A program made the translations under genes and the position numbers. From positions 1 to 41,442 of the forward strand of contig CAYSMD010000003.1 in the NCBI GenBank assembly GCA_964432055.1: a stretch of 41,442 nucleotides of DNA. The letters are read 5' to 3'. Numbering within the stretch: position 1 is the stretch's first letter; the number at the start of each line of letters is the position of its first letter. A model generated the notes under the pieces. The model saw only the letters and a list, made by a program, of their open reading frames with translations. It was not told the origin of the DNA and ran no database searches. The DNA comes from an uncultured Candidatus Saccharibacteria bacterium. Its GTDB lineage: Bacteria; Patescibacteriota; Saccharimonadia; CAILAD01; GCA-016700035. Shown here piece after piece: positions 22,753 through 30,007 of this stretch.

Positions 22753-23471
22753 GCGACGCTCGAAAAACCATCAAGATCTTGTATCTGTATCCGTATGAGA
22801 TGAATACGTACGGTGACTGGGGGAATGTCCAGGTCTTACGGATGAGATTGCAGTGGCGCGGCTGGAACACAGAGGTTATCGAGCATCGCCCTGGAGATAG
22901 CTTACCGAGCGACCCTGACATCATCTTTTTTGGCGGTGGACAAGACAGTGGCCAGAGTCTAATTATCGATGACCTTCAGAAGAATTCAGATCGTTTGCAC
23001 GCGTGGATTGAAGCGGGCAAACCAATGCTCGCGATTTGTGGCGGATATCAGCTGCTGGGCCGTGAGTTCGTTACGCAGGAGGGCGATAGTATGCCAGGAC
23101 TCGGTGTGCTTGATCTCCGCACAGTCGCCCGCTCGGATCGGCTTATTGGAAACGTTGTCCTGAAGAGCCCTATCTTTGGTACGGTTGTCGGCTTCGAGAA
23201 TCATTCGGGCCGTACGTTTTTGGGTTCGGGGCTCACGCCGCTTGGCGCGGTCACTCAGGGTGCGGGAAATAATAACGAAGATAAAGGGGAGGGGGTTATC
23301 TATAAGTCGACGATTGGCACGTACCTGCATGGGCCTTTATTGCCAAAGAACCCACGTGTAGCAGACTGGCTGATAGAGCGAGCATTGCCTGAAATGAATA
23401 AGAATTTAATGCAACTGCCGGATACTTATGTAGCTCAAGCGCGAGCCATCGCTGAGCGCCGTCCGCGCTAG
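22749..23471 (+). CDS. gatD: Lipid II isoglutaminyl synthase glutaminase subunit GatD (CobQ-type amidotransferase)
   Basis: Catalytic Cys context LAICGGYQLLG. Also present are VVGFENHSGRT, GNNNEDKGEGVIYK and GTYLHGPLLPKNP, closely collinear with S. aureus GatD. An ATGA overlap couples it to murT. Confidence 0.88.
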   Translation: MSDARKTIKILYLYPYEMNTYGDWGNVQVLRMRLQWRGWNTEVIEHRPGDSLPSDPDIIFFGGGQDSGQSLIIDDLQKNSDRLHAWIEAGKPMLAICGGYQLLGREFVTQEGDSMPGLGVLDLRTVARSDRLIGNVVLKSPIFGTVVGFENHSGRTFLGSGLTPLGAVTQGAGNNNEDKGEGVIYKSTIGTYLHGPLLPKNPRVADWLIERALPEMNKNLMQLPDTYVAQARAIAERRPR

Positions 23472-23592
23472 TGTTCACGGTATTTATTCCTGTACTCAAC
23501 GGAAAATATGCATAATCTACAGGTAGAACTTGAGTTTCTGAACTCCGCTCGTGTACACTAATGAGTAATCAAAGTATTGAGGGTAACATAGT

Positions 23593-24309
23593 ATGCAGAT
23601 CGAATCGCTTTTTGGTTCAAAGACTCGCGTAAAATTATTGAGCCTTTTTTATAACAATCCCGAGCGCCCATTCTATGTTCGGGAGATTACTCGTAAGATT
23701 AATGAGCAAATCAACTCGGTGCGGCGTGAGCTGCAGAATCTTCTCAACATCGGTATTGTGAAATCCGTTAACCAATCAAATCGTTTGTATTATGAGGTTG
23801 ATCCTGACTTCAAGTTTCATAGTGAGCTGATGTCTATCTTTCAGCGCATTCCTGCGAAGTCCAAGGAAATAAAGGAAACCAAGGAAGAGGATCAGATCCT
23901 TAAGAAAATACAGCGTGCTGGAAACGTGAAAGTACTTTTCCTGTCAGGTGCATTCGTACGTGGCAGTATGCAGAACATTGATATTTTCGTGGTGGGAGAC
24001 ATGAATAAAGCCAAGCTTGCCCAGATTATCGGTGAGATGGAGACGGCCATGAACCGAGAGCTCAATTATGCTGCACTCCGCGTAGAGGACTTTGATTATC
24101 GTCGTAATCTTAATGATCGCTTTCTCATGGACATGATGGATGCGAGGAAGATTGTCTTGCGGGATGATCTGAAGCTTTTTGTAGGTAACAACTTGGCATC
24201 TGATGAAAAGAAATCCGATGCAAGTCCTTCGGTAGTTGCCGTAAATGTCTCTACCCCCAACCCCGGTATTACGACAGATGAGGCAATTCGGCTGGCTCAA
24301 CAAAACTAA
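23593..24309 (+). CDS. Winged-helix (ArsR-like) N-terminal domain fused to a minimal nucleotidyltransferase-fold domain
   Basis: The wHTH-like region is KTRVKLLSLFYNNPERPFYVREITRKINEQINSVRRELQNLLNIGIVK. The NTase-like G-x(n)-D-x-D pattern is LSGAFVRGSMQNIDIFVVGD. Confidence 0.55.
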   Translation: MQIESLFGSKTRVKLLSLFYNNPERPFYVREITRKINEQINSVRRELQNLLNIGIVKSVNQSNRLYYEVDPDFKFHSELMSIFQRIPAKSKEIKETKEEDQILKKIQRAGNVKVLFLSGAFVRGSMQNIDIFVVGDMNKAKLAQIIGEMETAMNRELNYAALRVEDFDYRRNLNDRFLMDMMDARKIVLRDDLKLFVGNNLASDEKKSDASPSVVAVNVSTPNPGITTDEAIRLAQQN

Positions 24310-24326
24310 CCACTTCGGAGGTCAGT

Positions 24327-25394
24327 ATGAATAAAAAAAGTGATAGGCCGCAGTCACCGATAGTTATTGAAATATCGTGGCGTACGCTTGTTGTTGCAGC
24401 TGGTATCTGCTTTGCAGCCTGGCTGGTCTACACCATCGCCGACTTCTTAGTGCTGCTATTCGCCTGTATTGTGTTTGCGGCTGCATTGGCTCCGTTCGCC
24501 CGGTCTCTTGAACAAAAGGGACTGCCACGCTGGGCCGCAGTCACTGTAATCTATGCAGTGCTTTTTTTGTTTATCGGTGCGGTGCTTGTCCTGATTGTGC
24601 CGACATTTTCTCAGCAGGTGAGCCAACTTGTTGCTACCTGGCCAGAGCGTAGCGCGGCATTTCGGGAATCCATCGGACAAAACCAATCGCTCAAGGGGGT
24701 CTTTGACAGTGTGGCCACATCTAGTACCTCAGGAGGTGATATTGTAAAAAATATTGTGAATATCACATCATTATTTGTGAATGGCTTTGCTACAACGATT
24801 ATCTTCTTGGTTCTGACGTTCTATCTCTTAATGAATGGTCGCAAGCTAGCCCGATTCTTGGTTGGCTTTGTGCCTGCGACCAATCGAGAGAGAATCGGTA
24901 CGCTTATCGCTCGAATGTCGAACCGTATGGGTTTTTGGTTCCGTGGACAGGTGATTATTGCAATCATGACGTTCCTGGTCACATGGTTGGTGCTCAGCTT
25001 GATGGGTGTAGAATTTGCGCTCACGCTCGCATTGATTGCTGGTATGGCGGAATTCATCCCGCTCATCGGATCTTGGATTGGTGCAGCACCGGCAGTGCTT
25101 GTCGCTGCTGGTCAGTCACCGATGCTAGCCGTCTTCACGGCGTTATACTTTCTGGTTTGGCAGAGTTTCCAAGGTTACATTATCAGCCCGCGAGTTATGC
25201 AACAGATGATTGGTGTTCCTTCGATCTTAATACTCATCAATGTGCTCCTGATGGCGAAGTTATTTGGCTTTGTAGGGGTGTTTCTTGCGGCGCCTGTTGC
25301 AGCCGCGATTGCCGTTTTCGTAGAGGAATACTCTGATCGGGTTCAGCATTCATTGCGACGAGGCCTGGCAAGAGCTGGTCAGCGCGACTCCTGA
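24327..25394 (+). CDS. AI-2E family transporter (PerM/UPF0118)
   Basis: About 8 TM helices. It has the characteristic C-terminal region EFIPLIGSWIGAAPAVLVA...ISPRVMQQ. Confidence 0.8.
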   Translation: MNKKSDRPQSPIVIEISWRTLVVAAGICFAAWLVYTIADFLVLLFACIVFAAALAPFARSLEQKGLPRWAAVTVIYAVLFLFIGAVLVLIVPTFSQQVSQLVATWPERSAAFRESIGQNQSLKGVFDSVATSSTSGGDIVKNIVNITSLFVNGFATTIIFLVLTFYLLMNGRKLARFLVGFVPATNRERIGTLIARMSNRMGFWFRGQVIIAIMTFLVTWLVLSLMGVEFALTLALIAGMAEFIPLIGSWIGAAPAVLVAAGQSPMLAVFTALYFLVWQSFQGYIISPRVMQQMIGVPSILILINVLLMAKLFGFVGVFLAAPVAAAIAVFVEEYSDRVQHSLRRGLARAGQRDS

Positions 25395-25396
25395 TC

Positions 25397-25405
25397 TGGT
25401 ATACT
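25397..25405 (+). promoter_or_regulatory. Extended -10 element TGgTATACT, 8 nt upstream of ATG 25414 (implies a leaderless mRNA)
   Basis: tggtatact lies at 25397-25405. No SD is present. Confidence 0.4.
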
Positions 25406-25413
25406 GCAATTAT

Positions 25414-25947
25414 ATGGAACTCACTCTAGGTAAAGATCATTCGATTTACATCGCTGCAAAGTCTGCGAATATTGCCGTTGGGCAGAAGAACGAAACTTCT
25501 ACTGATGTATTTTTCTCAACAGAATTAGGTATTAGTGCTGCTAAAGCTAAGAAGTATTTCTCAAGCCCAGGTGAATACGAGGTCCAAGGGGTGATGGTTG
25601 ATGGCCTTATGTCCGGCGAAAAGGTCGTCTCTTACCACATAATTGTAGATGGGGTTCGCTATGCCGCCGTGAGTTTACATGGAGTTGCTGATCTGACTGA
25701 TGCGATTGCCGAGAAGCTCCAGCCTGCAGATGTTCTGTTGTTGTGGCTCAAGGAAGGTAAGGCAGAAGATATTGTGAGCCTATTTGCTCGTCTTGAAGCC
25801 AATTACCTCATTCCTGTTCAGATTCCGATGCCAACTGAGGAGCTAGAAAAAGATTTGCAGCTAAAGGCGGAGATTGTGCCCAAGCTGAAGCTGACAACTA
25901 AGGATTTGGCCGAAGAGAAGCGAGCCCTGATCGTCTTAACCCAATAG
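25414..25947 (+). CDS. Hypothetical protein (177 aa)
   Basis: The ORF is followed by a strong terminator. There is a faint resemblance to truncated MBL-fold proteins, but no His motif is seen. Confidence 0.5.
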   Translation: MELTLGKDHSIYIAAKSANIAVGQKNETSTDVFFSTELGISAAKAKKYFSSPGEYEVQGVMVDGLMSGEKVVSYHIIVDGVRYAAVSLHGVADLTDAIAEKLQPADVLLLWLKEGKAEDIVSLFARLEANYLIPVQIPMPTEELEKDLQLKAEIVPKLKLTTKDLAEEKRALIVLTQ

Positions 25948-25965
25948 CGCTCGTACTGCAAAGAC

Positions 25966-25995
25966 TAAAAACCCCCTCGAACGAGGGGGTTTTTA
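25966..25995. terminator. Bidirectional rho-independent terminator between convergent genes
   Basis: aaaaa-ccccctc-gaac-gaggggg-ttttt: a 7-bp GC-rich stem flanked by an A-run and a T-run. Confidence 0.85.
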
Positions 25996-26010
25996 GTAGA
26001 GGCTCAAGAT

Positions 26011-26229
26011 TTATGAAGTCTTGAGTTCGCTTTCAGCGAGATCTCGCTGATGCTTTTTGAGCGTTCGGATGGTTGATGCTGCGAGCTTAACGCGAACCTT
26101 CTCACCGTTGATGATGAGAGTTTTCTTCTGGAGATTTGGCTTCCAGACTTTTGGAGTGGCGCGCATTGAGTGGCTCACATTGTGGCCGAATTGCTTGCCC
26201 TTACCGGTAATGTCACATTTGTATGCCAT
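26011..26229 (-). CDS. rpmB: 50S ribosomal protein L28
   Basis: MAYKCDITGKGKQFGHNVSHSMRATPKVWKPNLQKK is canonical L28. The start is set at the internal ATG (26229) rather than the 17-codon extension given in the ORF track. Confidence 0.9.
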   Translation of the reverse strand: MAYKCDITGKGKQFGHNVSHSMRATPKVWKPNLQKKTLIINGEKVRVKLAASTIRTLKKHQRDLAESELKTS

Positions 26230-26315
26230 AGAGTAATTTCCTAACCTCACAATCCTACCAGAAAAGCCCATTCTTGGCAACCCTACACCATCGCGCTAAA
26301 TGCTATACTACTAAC

Positions 26316-26945
26316 ATGAGTTTTAACCCGGTCGACATCATTAGTCTGATATTTATCTATGTCGTGGCTATCACGATCCACGAGTACAGTCATGCAGCTG
26401 CAAGCAACGCACTTGGTGATCCTACAGCTCGTCATGAGGGTAGACTCACCTTGAACCCTGTGGCACATATTGATCCTCTGACCACACTAGCTCTACCAAT
26501 TCTCCTCATACTCGCCGGAAGTCCGGTAATATTCGGCGCGGCGCGCCCAGTGCCATTTAATCCATATATGGTTCGCTACGGCAAGAAGGGTGCAGCGCTT
26601 GTGGCGTTGGCTGGTCCGGCGAGTAACATCTTGCTGGCTATCATCGTGGCTCTGATCATACGGCTTGCTCCAAGCCTACTCACGGCTGGAGGGGGCTTAC
26701 TGTTGAGTATGATTACGGTGAATCTAGCTCTGGCTCTTTTTAACCTAATCCCGATACCTCCACTAGATGGCTCTAGGGTGGTATATGCTTTTGTACCAGC
26801 AAAAGTCCAAGAGGTGATGGAGCGGTTTGAGCAGTCGGGGCCTTTAGTGATTTTCTTATTCCTCATACTGGCATTTCCCTTTATCTCGCCGTTTCTTGGT
26901 ACTGCAGTACGAGGCATTACCCGATTTTTGCTCATTGGTATCTAG
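26316..26945 (+). CDS. Site-2 protease family (M50) zinc metalloprotease
   Basis: HExxH motif ITIHEYSHAAA, followed by GDPTARHEGRLTLNPVAHIDP and LFNLIPIPPLDGSRV. Polytopic. The start is taken at ATG 26316, because the track start at 26274 is a TTG lying in the rpmB promoter region. Confidence 0.82.
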   Translation: MSFNPVDIISLIFIYVVAITIHEYSHAAASNALGDPTARHEGRLTLNPVAHIDPLTTLALPILLILAGSPVIFGAARPVPFNPYMVRYGKKGAALVALAGPASNILLAIIVALIIRLAPSLLTAGGGLLLSMITVNLALALFNLIPIPPLDGSRVVYAFVPAKVQEVMERFEQSGPLVIFLFLILAFPFISPFLGTAVRGITRFLLIGI

Positions 26946-26989
26946 TCACACAAGAGCTTCTACTCGGGTTGAAAAACCGCTATACTAGA

Positions 26990-27172
26990 TCTCATAACCC
27001 TTTCTAGGGTGTACGACGGAACGAATATCTTTTCTGCTTAATGATTTGTACGGGAGACCTAGATTGCGCAGTTGATCTCTGAATAGGAGACAGCTGGGGC
27101 TGCGGACACCCACCTGGTAGTTTGCCAGGGAAGATATTCAAGGATTCTGCCGGCACCCCGGATGGGGTTTTT
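26990..27172 (+). ncRNA. Candidate structured small RNA, or a structured 3' UTR of the M50 gene; family unknown
   Basis: The interval is gene-free. A 14-bp long-range helix pairs 27023-27036 (gaatatcttttctg) with 27126-27139 (cagggaagatattc). It includes two G-U pairs that exist only on the + strand. A competing local hairpin is cctgg-tagtttg-ccagg (27113-27129). A terminal hairpin acccc-ggat-ggggt plus ttttt lies at 27155-27172. A possible -10 TATACT lies at 26981-86. Confidence 0.3.
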
Positions 27173-27173
27173 G

Positions 27174-27728
27174 TTATAGGTGAAACTTGCGTTTCCAGAG
27201 GGTGGGACTCGATATACTGTCGGCCCGTAAGATATCGATGTGCTCGTCGATTTTTAGGTGGTGGGCGATTTTCTTGATCTCAACACTGACATCGAAGGGA
27301 TAGATCCAGAGTGCTGAACCGTAGCGCAGGAAGCCAATACGCTTGAGCTCAATGAGGAATTGATTGCGCGCAATCTTATGGCTTTCCGGTATCTGGTAGG
27401 TCACAAACATCCATCGGCCGTTCCAGGCTTGCTGAGCGCTGCTGACAGTGATGCTTTTGCGTAGTTGGGCCTTGGTCAGGCTGCTTTGGCCACGTGATGT
27501 GATCTTATAGATCTTTTCAGTATCGATTTGTCCTTGAGAGAGAGCGCCCTGACGGACCAGGATTGCCAGCGTATCTTTTATGCGGGCTTTCGGCGCTCGG
27601 GAAGTATGCCAGGAGAAAAGTTCCAGGAGGGGCTTGTCCTTAATAATCGATGCTTCAGAGGTTACCCCGTGCTTCGCCACGAAAGCGAGTAGTGCATTTG
27701 ATTTGGTGATAGGTTGCCGGGTATTCAT
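27174..27728 (-). CDS. PaaX-like regulator (winged-helix N-terminus plus a PaaX-type C-terminal domain)
   Basis: The pattern WNGRWMFVTYQIPESHKIARNQFLIELKRIGFLRYGSALWIYPFD resembles W-x-G-x-W...Y-x-(I/V)-P-E...R...L...GF...WI-x-P of PaaX-family proteins. This comparison is from memory. Confidence 0.45.
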   Translation of the reverse strand: MNTRQPITKSNALLAFVAKHGVTSEASIIKDKPLLELFSWHTSRAPKARIKDTLAILVRQGALSQGQIDTEKIYKITSRGQSSLTKAQLRKSITVSSAQQAWNGRWMFVTYQIPESHKIARNQFLIELKRIGFLRYGSALWIYPFDVSVEIKKIAHHLKIDEHIDILRADSISSPTLWKRKFHL

Positions 27729-27804
27729 GCTATAACATAAGTATTATGTAAAAATTGCAGAGCGTCAACTCACCGTGTAAAGATGCTACAATCGATAGGT
27801 AAAG

Positions 27805-27880
27805 CGGGGTGTGGCGCAGTTGGTAGCGCGTACGGCTGGGGGCCGTGAGGTCGCAGGTTCAAGTCCTGTCACCCCGACCA
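27805..27880 (+). tRNA. tRNA-Pro (anticodon GGG)
   Basis: Acceptor cggggtg/caccccg. D-arm gcgc-agttggta-gcgc. Anticodon stem tacgg/ccgtg with loop ctGGGgg. T-arm gcagg-ttcaagt-cctgt. Discriminator a, CCA encoded. Confidence 0.9.
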
Positions 27881-27904
27881 GTTTTATGGGACAATGGCAT
27901 TTAT

Positions 27905-28315
27905 ATGGTAGAACCATCAATATTTACGCAAATACGTCTTGGGAAGATTCCTGGAGAGATTCTCTACCAGGATGAATATGTATTTGTGATAATGACGATC
28001 GCTCCGCACAACCCGGGTCATTGTCTGGTTATCCCAGTAGATGAAATTCCTGACTTTGAAGCATTGCCAGATTCACTCTTTGATCGAGTAATGCACCTGG
28101 CAAAGATGATAGCCCAGGTACAGAAGCGTCTCTATGGTTGCCCTAAGGTCGCCTTGGCGGTCGCCGGTATGGAAGTAGATCATACTCATATTCATATCTA
28201 TCCGCTGTATGCCGAATCTGATATGAACCCGGCTGCCGCTCAGCACCCGCCAGTCTCTGAAATTCGCGCAGAGGCAAATAAGCTCAGAGCAGCGATCCAG
28301 GGGCACACAGTTTGA
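27905..28315 (+). CDS. HIT-family (histidine triad) nucleotide hydrolase/transferase
   Basis: Histidine triad VDHTHIHIYP, and HNPGHCLVIP in the N-terminal half. The start is moved to ATG 27905 because the track start at 27845 lies inside tRNA-Pro. Confidence 0.8.
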   Translation: MVEPSIFTQIRLGKIPGEILYQDEYVFVIMTIAPHNPGHCLVIPVDEIPDFEALPDSLFDRVMHLAKMIAQVQKRLYGCPKVALAVAGMEVDHTHIHIYPLYAESDMNPAAAQHPPVSEIRAEANKLRAAIQGHTV

Positions 28316-29097
28316 TGATGTGGGTTTGGGCTGCGGTATTGGGAATCATTCAAGCATTAACGGAGTTCTTGCCAATTTCTTCGAGTGCCCATCTACTGAT
28401 AGTGCCCTGGCTATTTGGGTTTCCCGCTCAGGGCCTCGCATTTGATGCGGCGTTGCACGTAGGAACCTCCTTGGCGCTCTTATTGTTTTTCTGGCGAGAT
28501 TTTTGGGGATATATACAGCGTCGTGATAAGTTCTTGTGGCTGATTGCACTGGCGTCTATTCCCGGCGGGGTAATCGGTTTTTTTGGAGATAGCCTTATTG
28601 AAAGCGTTTTTCATGAGAGTAGTTTTGCAATCCCAGTGGCGGCGATAGGTATGCTGCTCACTACGGGGGTCATTTGGTATATTGATACGAATGCGGCACT
28701 GCGTCGTGATATGGGTGAAATGACCAAGAAGCATGCTCTGATTATTGGCCTCGCGCAGGCACTTGCCCTCATTCCTGGCACGTCGCGCTCTGGTGCGACG
28801 ATTGCAGCAGGCTTGGCGACTGGCTATAAGCGCGAGGCGGCAGCCCGCTTTAGTTTTCTTTTGGGTACGCCGATAGCTCTTGGTGCCGGTCTCTACAAGT
28901 CACGGCAGATTGTAGCTAGTCAGCCCACAAGCTCAGAGCTCCTTGGCGTGCTGATTGGCGTTGCAGTTGCAGCGATTCTAGGTATGCTCGTCATCAAGTG
29001 GTTGCTTGGCTATGTTCAGAAGCACGATTTGCGAGTGTTTCTCATCTATCGGCTTGCCTTCGCGACATTAATTTTATTAGTTTGGCTAGGAAGGTAG
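28315..29097 (+). CDS. uppP: Undecaprenyl-diphosphate phosphatase (BacA/UppP)
   Basis: Motifs LTEFLPISSSAHL and PGTSRSGATI. About 8 TM helices. The start overlaps the HIT stop codon (tgatg); TTG 28312 is an alternative start. Confidence 0.9.
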   Translation: MMWVWAAVLGIIQALTEFLPISSSAHLLIVPWLFGFPAQGLAFDAALHVGTSLALLLFFWRDFWGYIQRRDKFLWLIALASIPGGVIGFFGDSLIESVFHESSFAIPVAAIGMLLTTGVIWYIDTNAALRRDMGEMTKKHALIIGLAQALALIPGTSRSGATIAAGLATGYKREAAARFSFLLGTPIALGAGLYKSRQIVASQPTSSELLGVLIGVAVAAILGMLVIKWLLGYVQKHDLRVFLIYRLAFATLILLVWLGR

Positions 29098-29505
29098 GTG
29101 GGTATGCGAATTCGGATTCATGGAGATGGCGGCTCTCGAGGTAATCCAGGGCCAGCTGCAGCTGCAGCTGTTTTGCTGGATAGTGATGGTGAGGTTATTG
29201 AGACGCGCACGGATTATCTGGGTGTCGCAACGAATAATGTAGCTGAATACCGGTCGGTGGAGCTTGGTCTTGAGGCTTTGCGAGACAAAGGACTAACTGC
29301 AGCTGATTTCTATTTAGACAGCCAGCTCGTTGTTCGTCAGCTGAATGGCGACTACAAGGTGAAGCATCCAGATATGCAGGCCGCCTTTAAGCGTATTCAA
29401 GAGCTCCTCGAGGGCCTAGACGTGGTCTTCGAGCATGTTCCGCGGGCTGAGAACCAAGTTGCCGACACCGCGGTCAATGAGTGTCTGGACGCCCATCTAG
29501 CCTAG
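29098..29505 (+). CDS. rnhA: RNase H (type 1 / RNase HI-like)
   Basis: DGGSRGNPGPAA, TNNVAEYRSVELGLE, LDSQLVVRQLNGDYKVK and NQVADTAVN supply the DEDD-type residues in the expected order. The start is GTG 29098 or ATG 29104. Confidence 0.8.
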   Translation: MGMRIRIHGDGGSRGNPGPAAAAAVLLDSDGEVIETRTDYLGVATNNVAEYRSVELGLEALRDKGLTAADFYLDSQLVVRQLNGDYKVKHPDMQAAFKRIQELLEGLDVVFEHVPRAENQVADTAVNECLDAHLA

Positions 29506-29531
29506 ACAAATTAACAATTGGCTTGTATAAT
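29503..29531 (+). promoter_or_regulatory. Near-consensus promoter for rnpB: -35 TAGACA, 17-nt spacer with TG, -10 TATAAT
   Basis: tagaca lies at 29503-08 and tgtataat at 29524-31. The -10 ends 7 nt before the first base of the P1 helix (29539). Confidence 0.6.
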
Positions 29532-29538
29532 ATTTTAT

Positions 29539-29929
29539 GCAAGTAAGCAGGCAATCGCTCTAGTCATTGACTGGAGAGGAAAGTCCGAACAGCTCGAGTA
29601 CAAGGTGGTTGCTAACGGCAACCCGGGGCAACCCGAGGGAAAGTGCCACAGAGACGATACCGCCGAGACTTTGTTTCGGTAAGGGTGAAAAGAGGGCGGT
29701 AAGAGCGCCCAGTTTACGCCGGCGACGGCGTAAGGCGGTAAACCCCACCTGCTGCAAGGCTTATGGATCCGAGCGCTTTGCGCTAGAGAGTACTCGCTCT
29801 TGGTTAAACCGGATACGTCGCATGATCGTGGGTGAACCACGACGCTGTCCCGAAAGGGGAAGAGAGAGATGATTGTCGGTCGGCTCGATAGGTGAGCTGG
29901 CAACAGAATTCGGCTTATCGCTTACTTGT
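29539..29929 (+). ncRNA. rnpB: RNase P RNA, bacterial type A
   Basis: P1 pairs gcaagtaagc (29539-48) with gcttacttgt (29920-29). Conserved blocks present: gaggaaagtccgaac (CR-I), agggaaagtgccacagaga, aagggtgaaaagagggcggtaagagcgc (CR-IV region) and acagaattcggcttat (CR-V). Confidence 0.95.
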
Positions 29930-29930
29930 C

Positions 29931-29973
29931 CGCACAAGCTACCTAAGTAAAGAGAAGCTAGGTAGCTTCTGCG
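29931..29973 (+). terminator. Long hairpin immediately 3' of rnpB (processing or termination element; no U-tract)
   Basis: cgca-c-aagctacct ... aggtagctt-c-tgcg: 13 paired bases around a 15-nt loop. Confidence 0.4.
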
Positions 29974-29988
29974 GATTACTCATAAACC

Positions 29989-29997
29989 TGATAGAAT
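29989..29997 (+). promoter_or_regulatory. Extended -10 element TGaTAGAAT, 10 nt upstream of ATG 30008
   Basis: tgatagaat lies at 29989-29997. No SD is present before the start codon. Confidence 0.35.
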
Positions 29998-30007
29998 AGG
30001 CATAGAT

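Noticed and set aside
24935-25336. 133-aa alternative-frame + strand ORF inside the AI-2E transporter gene
   Set aside because: It is an out-of-frame overlap with a CDS that has clear family motifs. Its Cys/Trp/Arg-rich composition is typical of off-frame translation.
26946-27173. Tried to identify the intergenic RNA as SRP (4.5S) RNA, 6S RNA, tmRNA, or a TPP or other riboswitch
   Set aside because: It has no GGAA-tetraloop/AGCAGCC domain-IV motif, no tRNA-like ends, no long closing stem with a central bubble, no CUGAGA/ACCC TPP core, and no downstream + strand gene to regulate. It is kept only as an unclassified candidate.
27845-27904. Upstream start of the HIT-family ORF at 27845
   Set aside because: The first 36 nt lie inside tRNA-Pro (27805-27880). 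ATG 27905 gives a normal HIT protein.
29535-29903. ORFs of 122, 65 and 101 aa on both strands at 29535-29903
   Set aside because: They fall entirely inside the RNase P RNA gene, where conserved CR-I, CR-IV and CR-V blocks and the P1 pairing are present. They are artefacts of structured GC-rich RNA.
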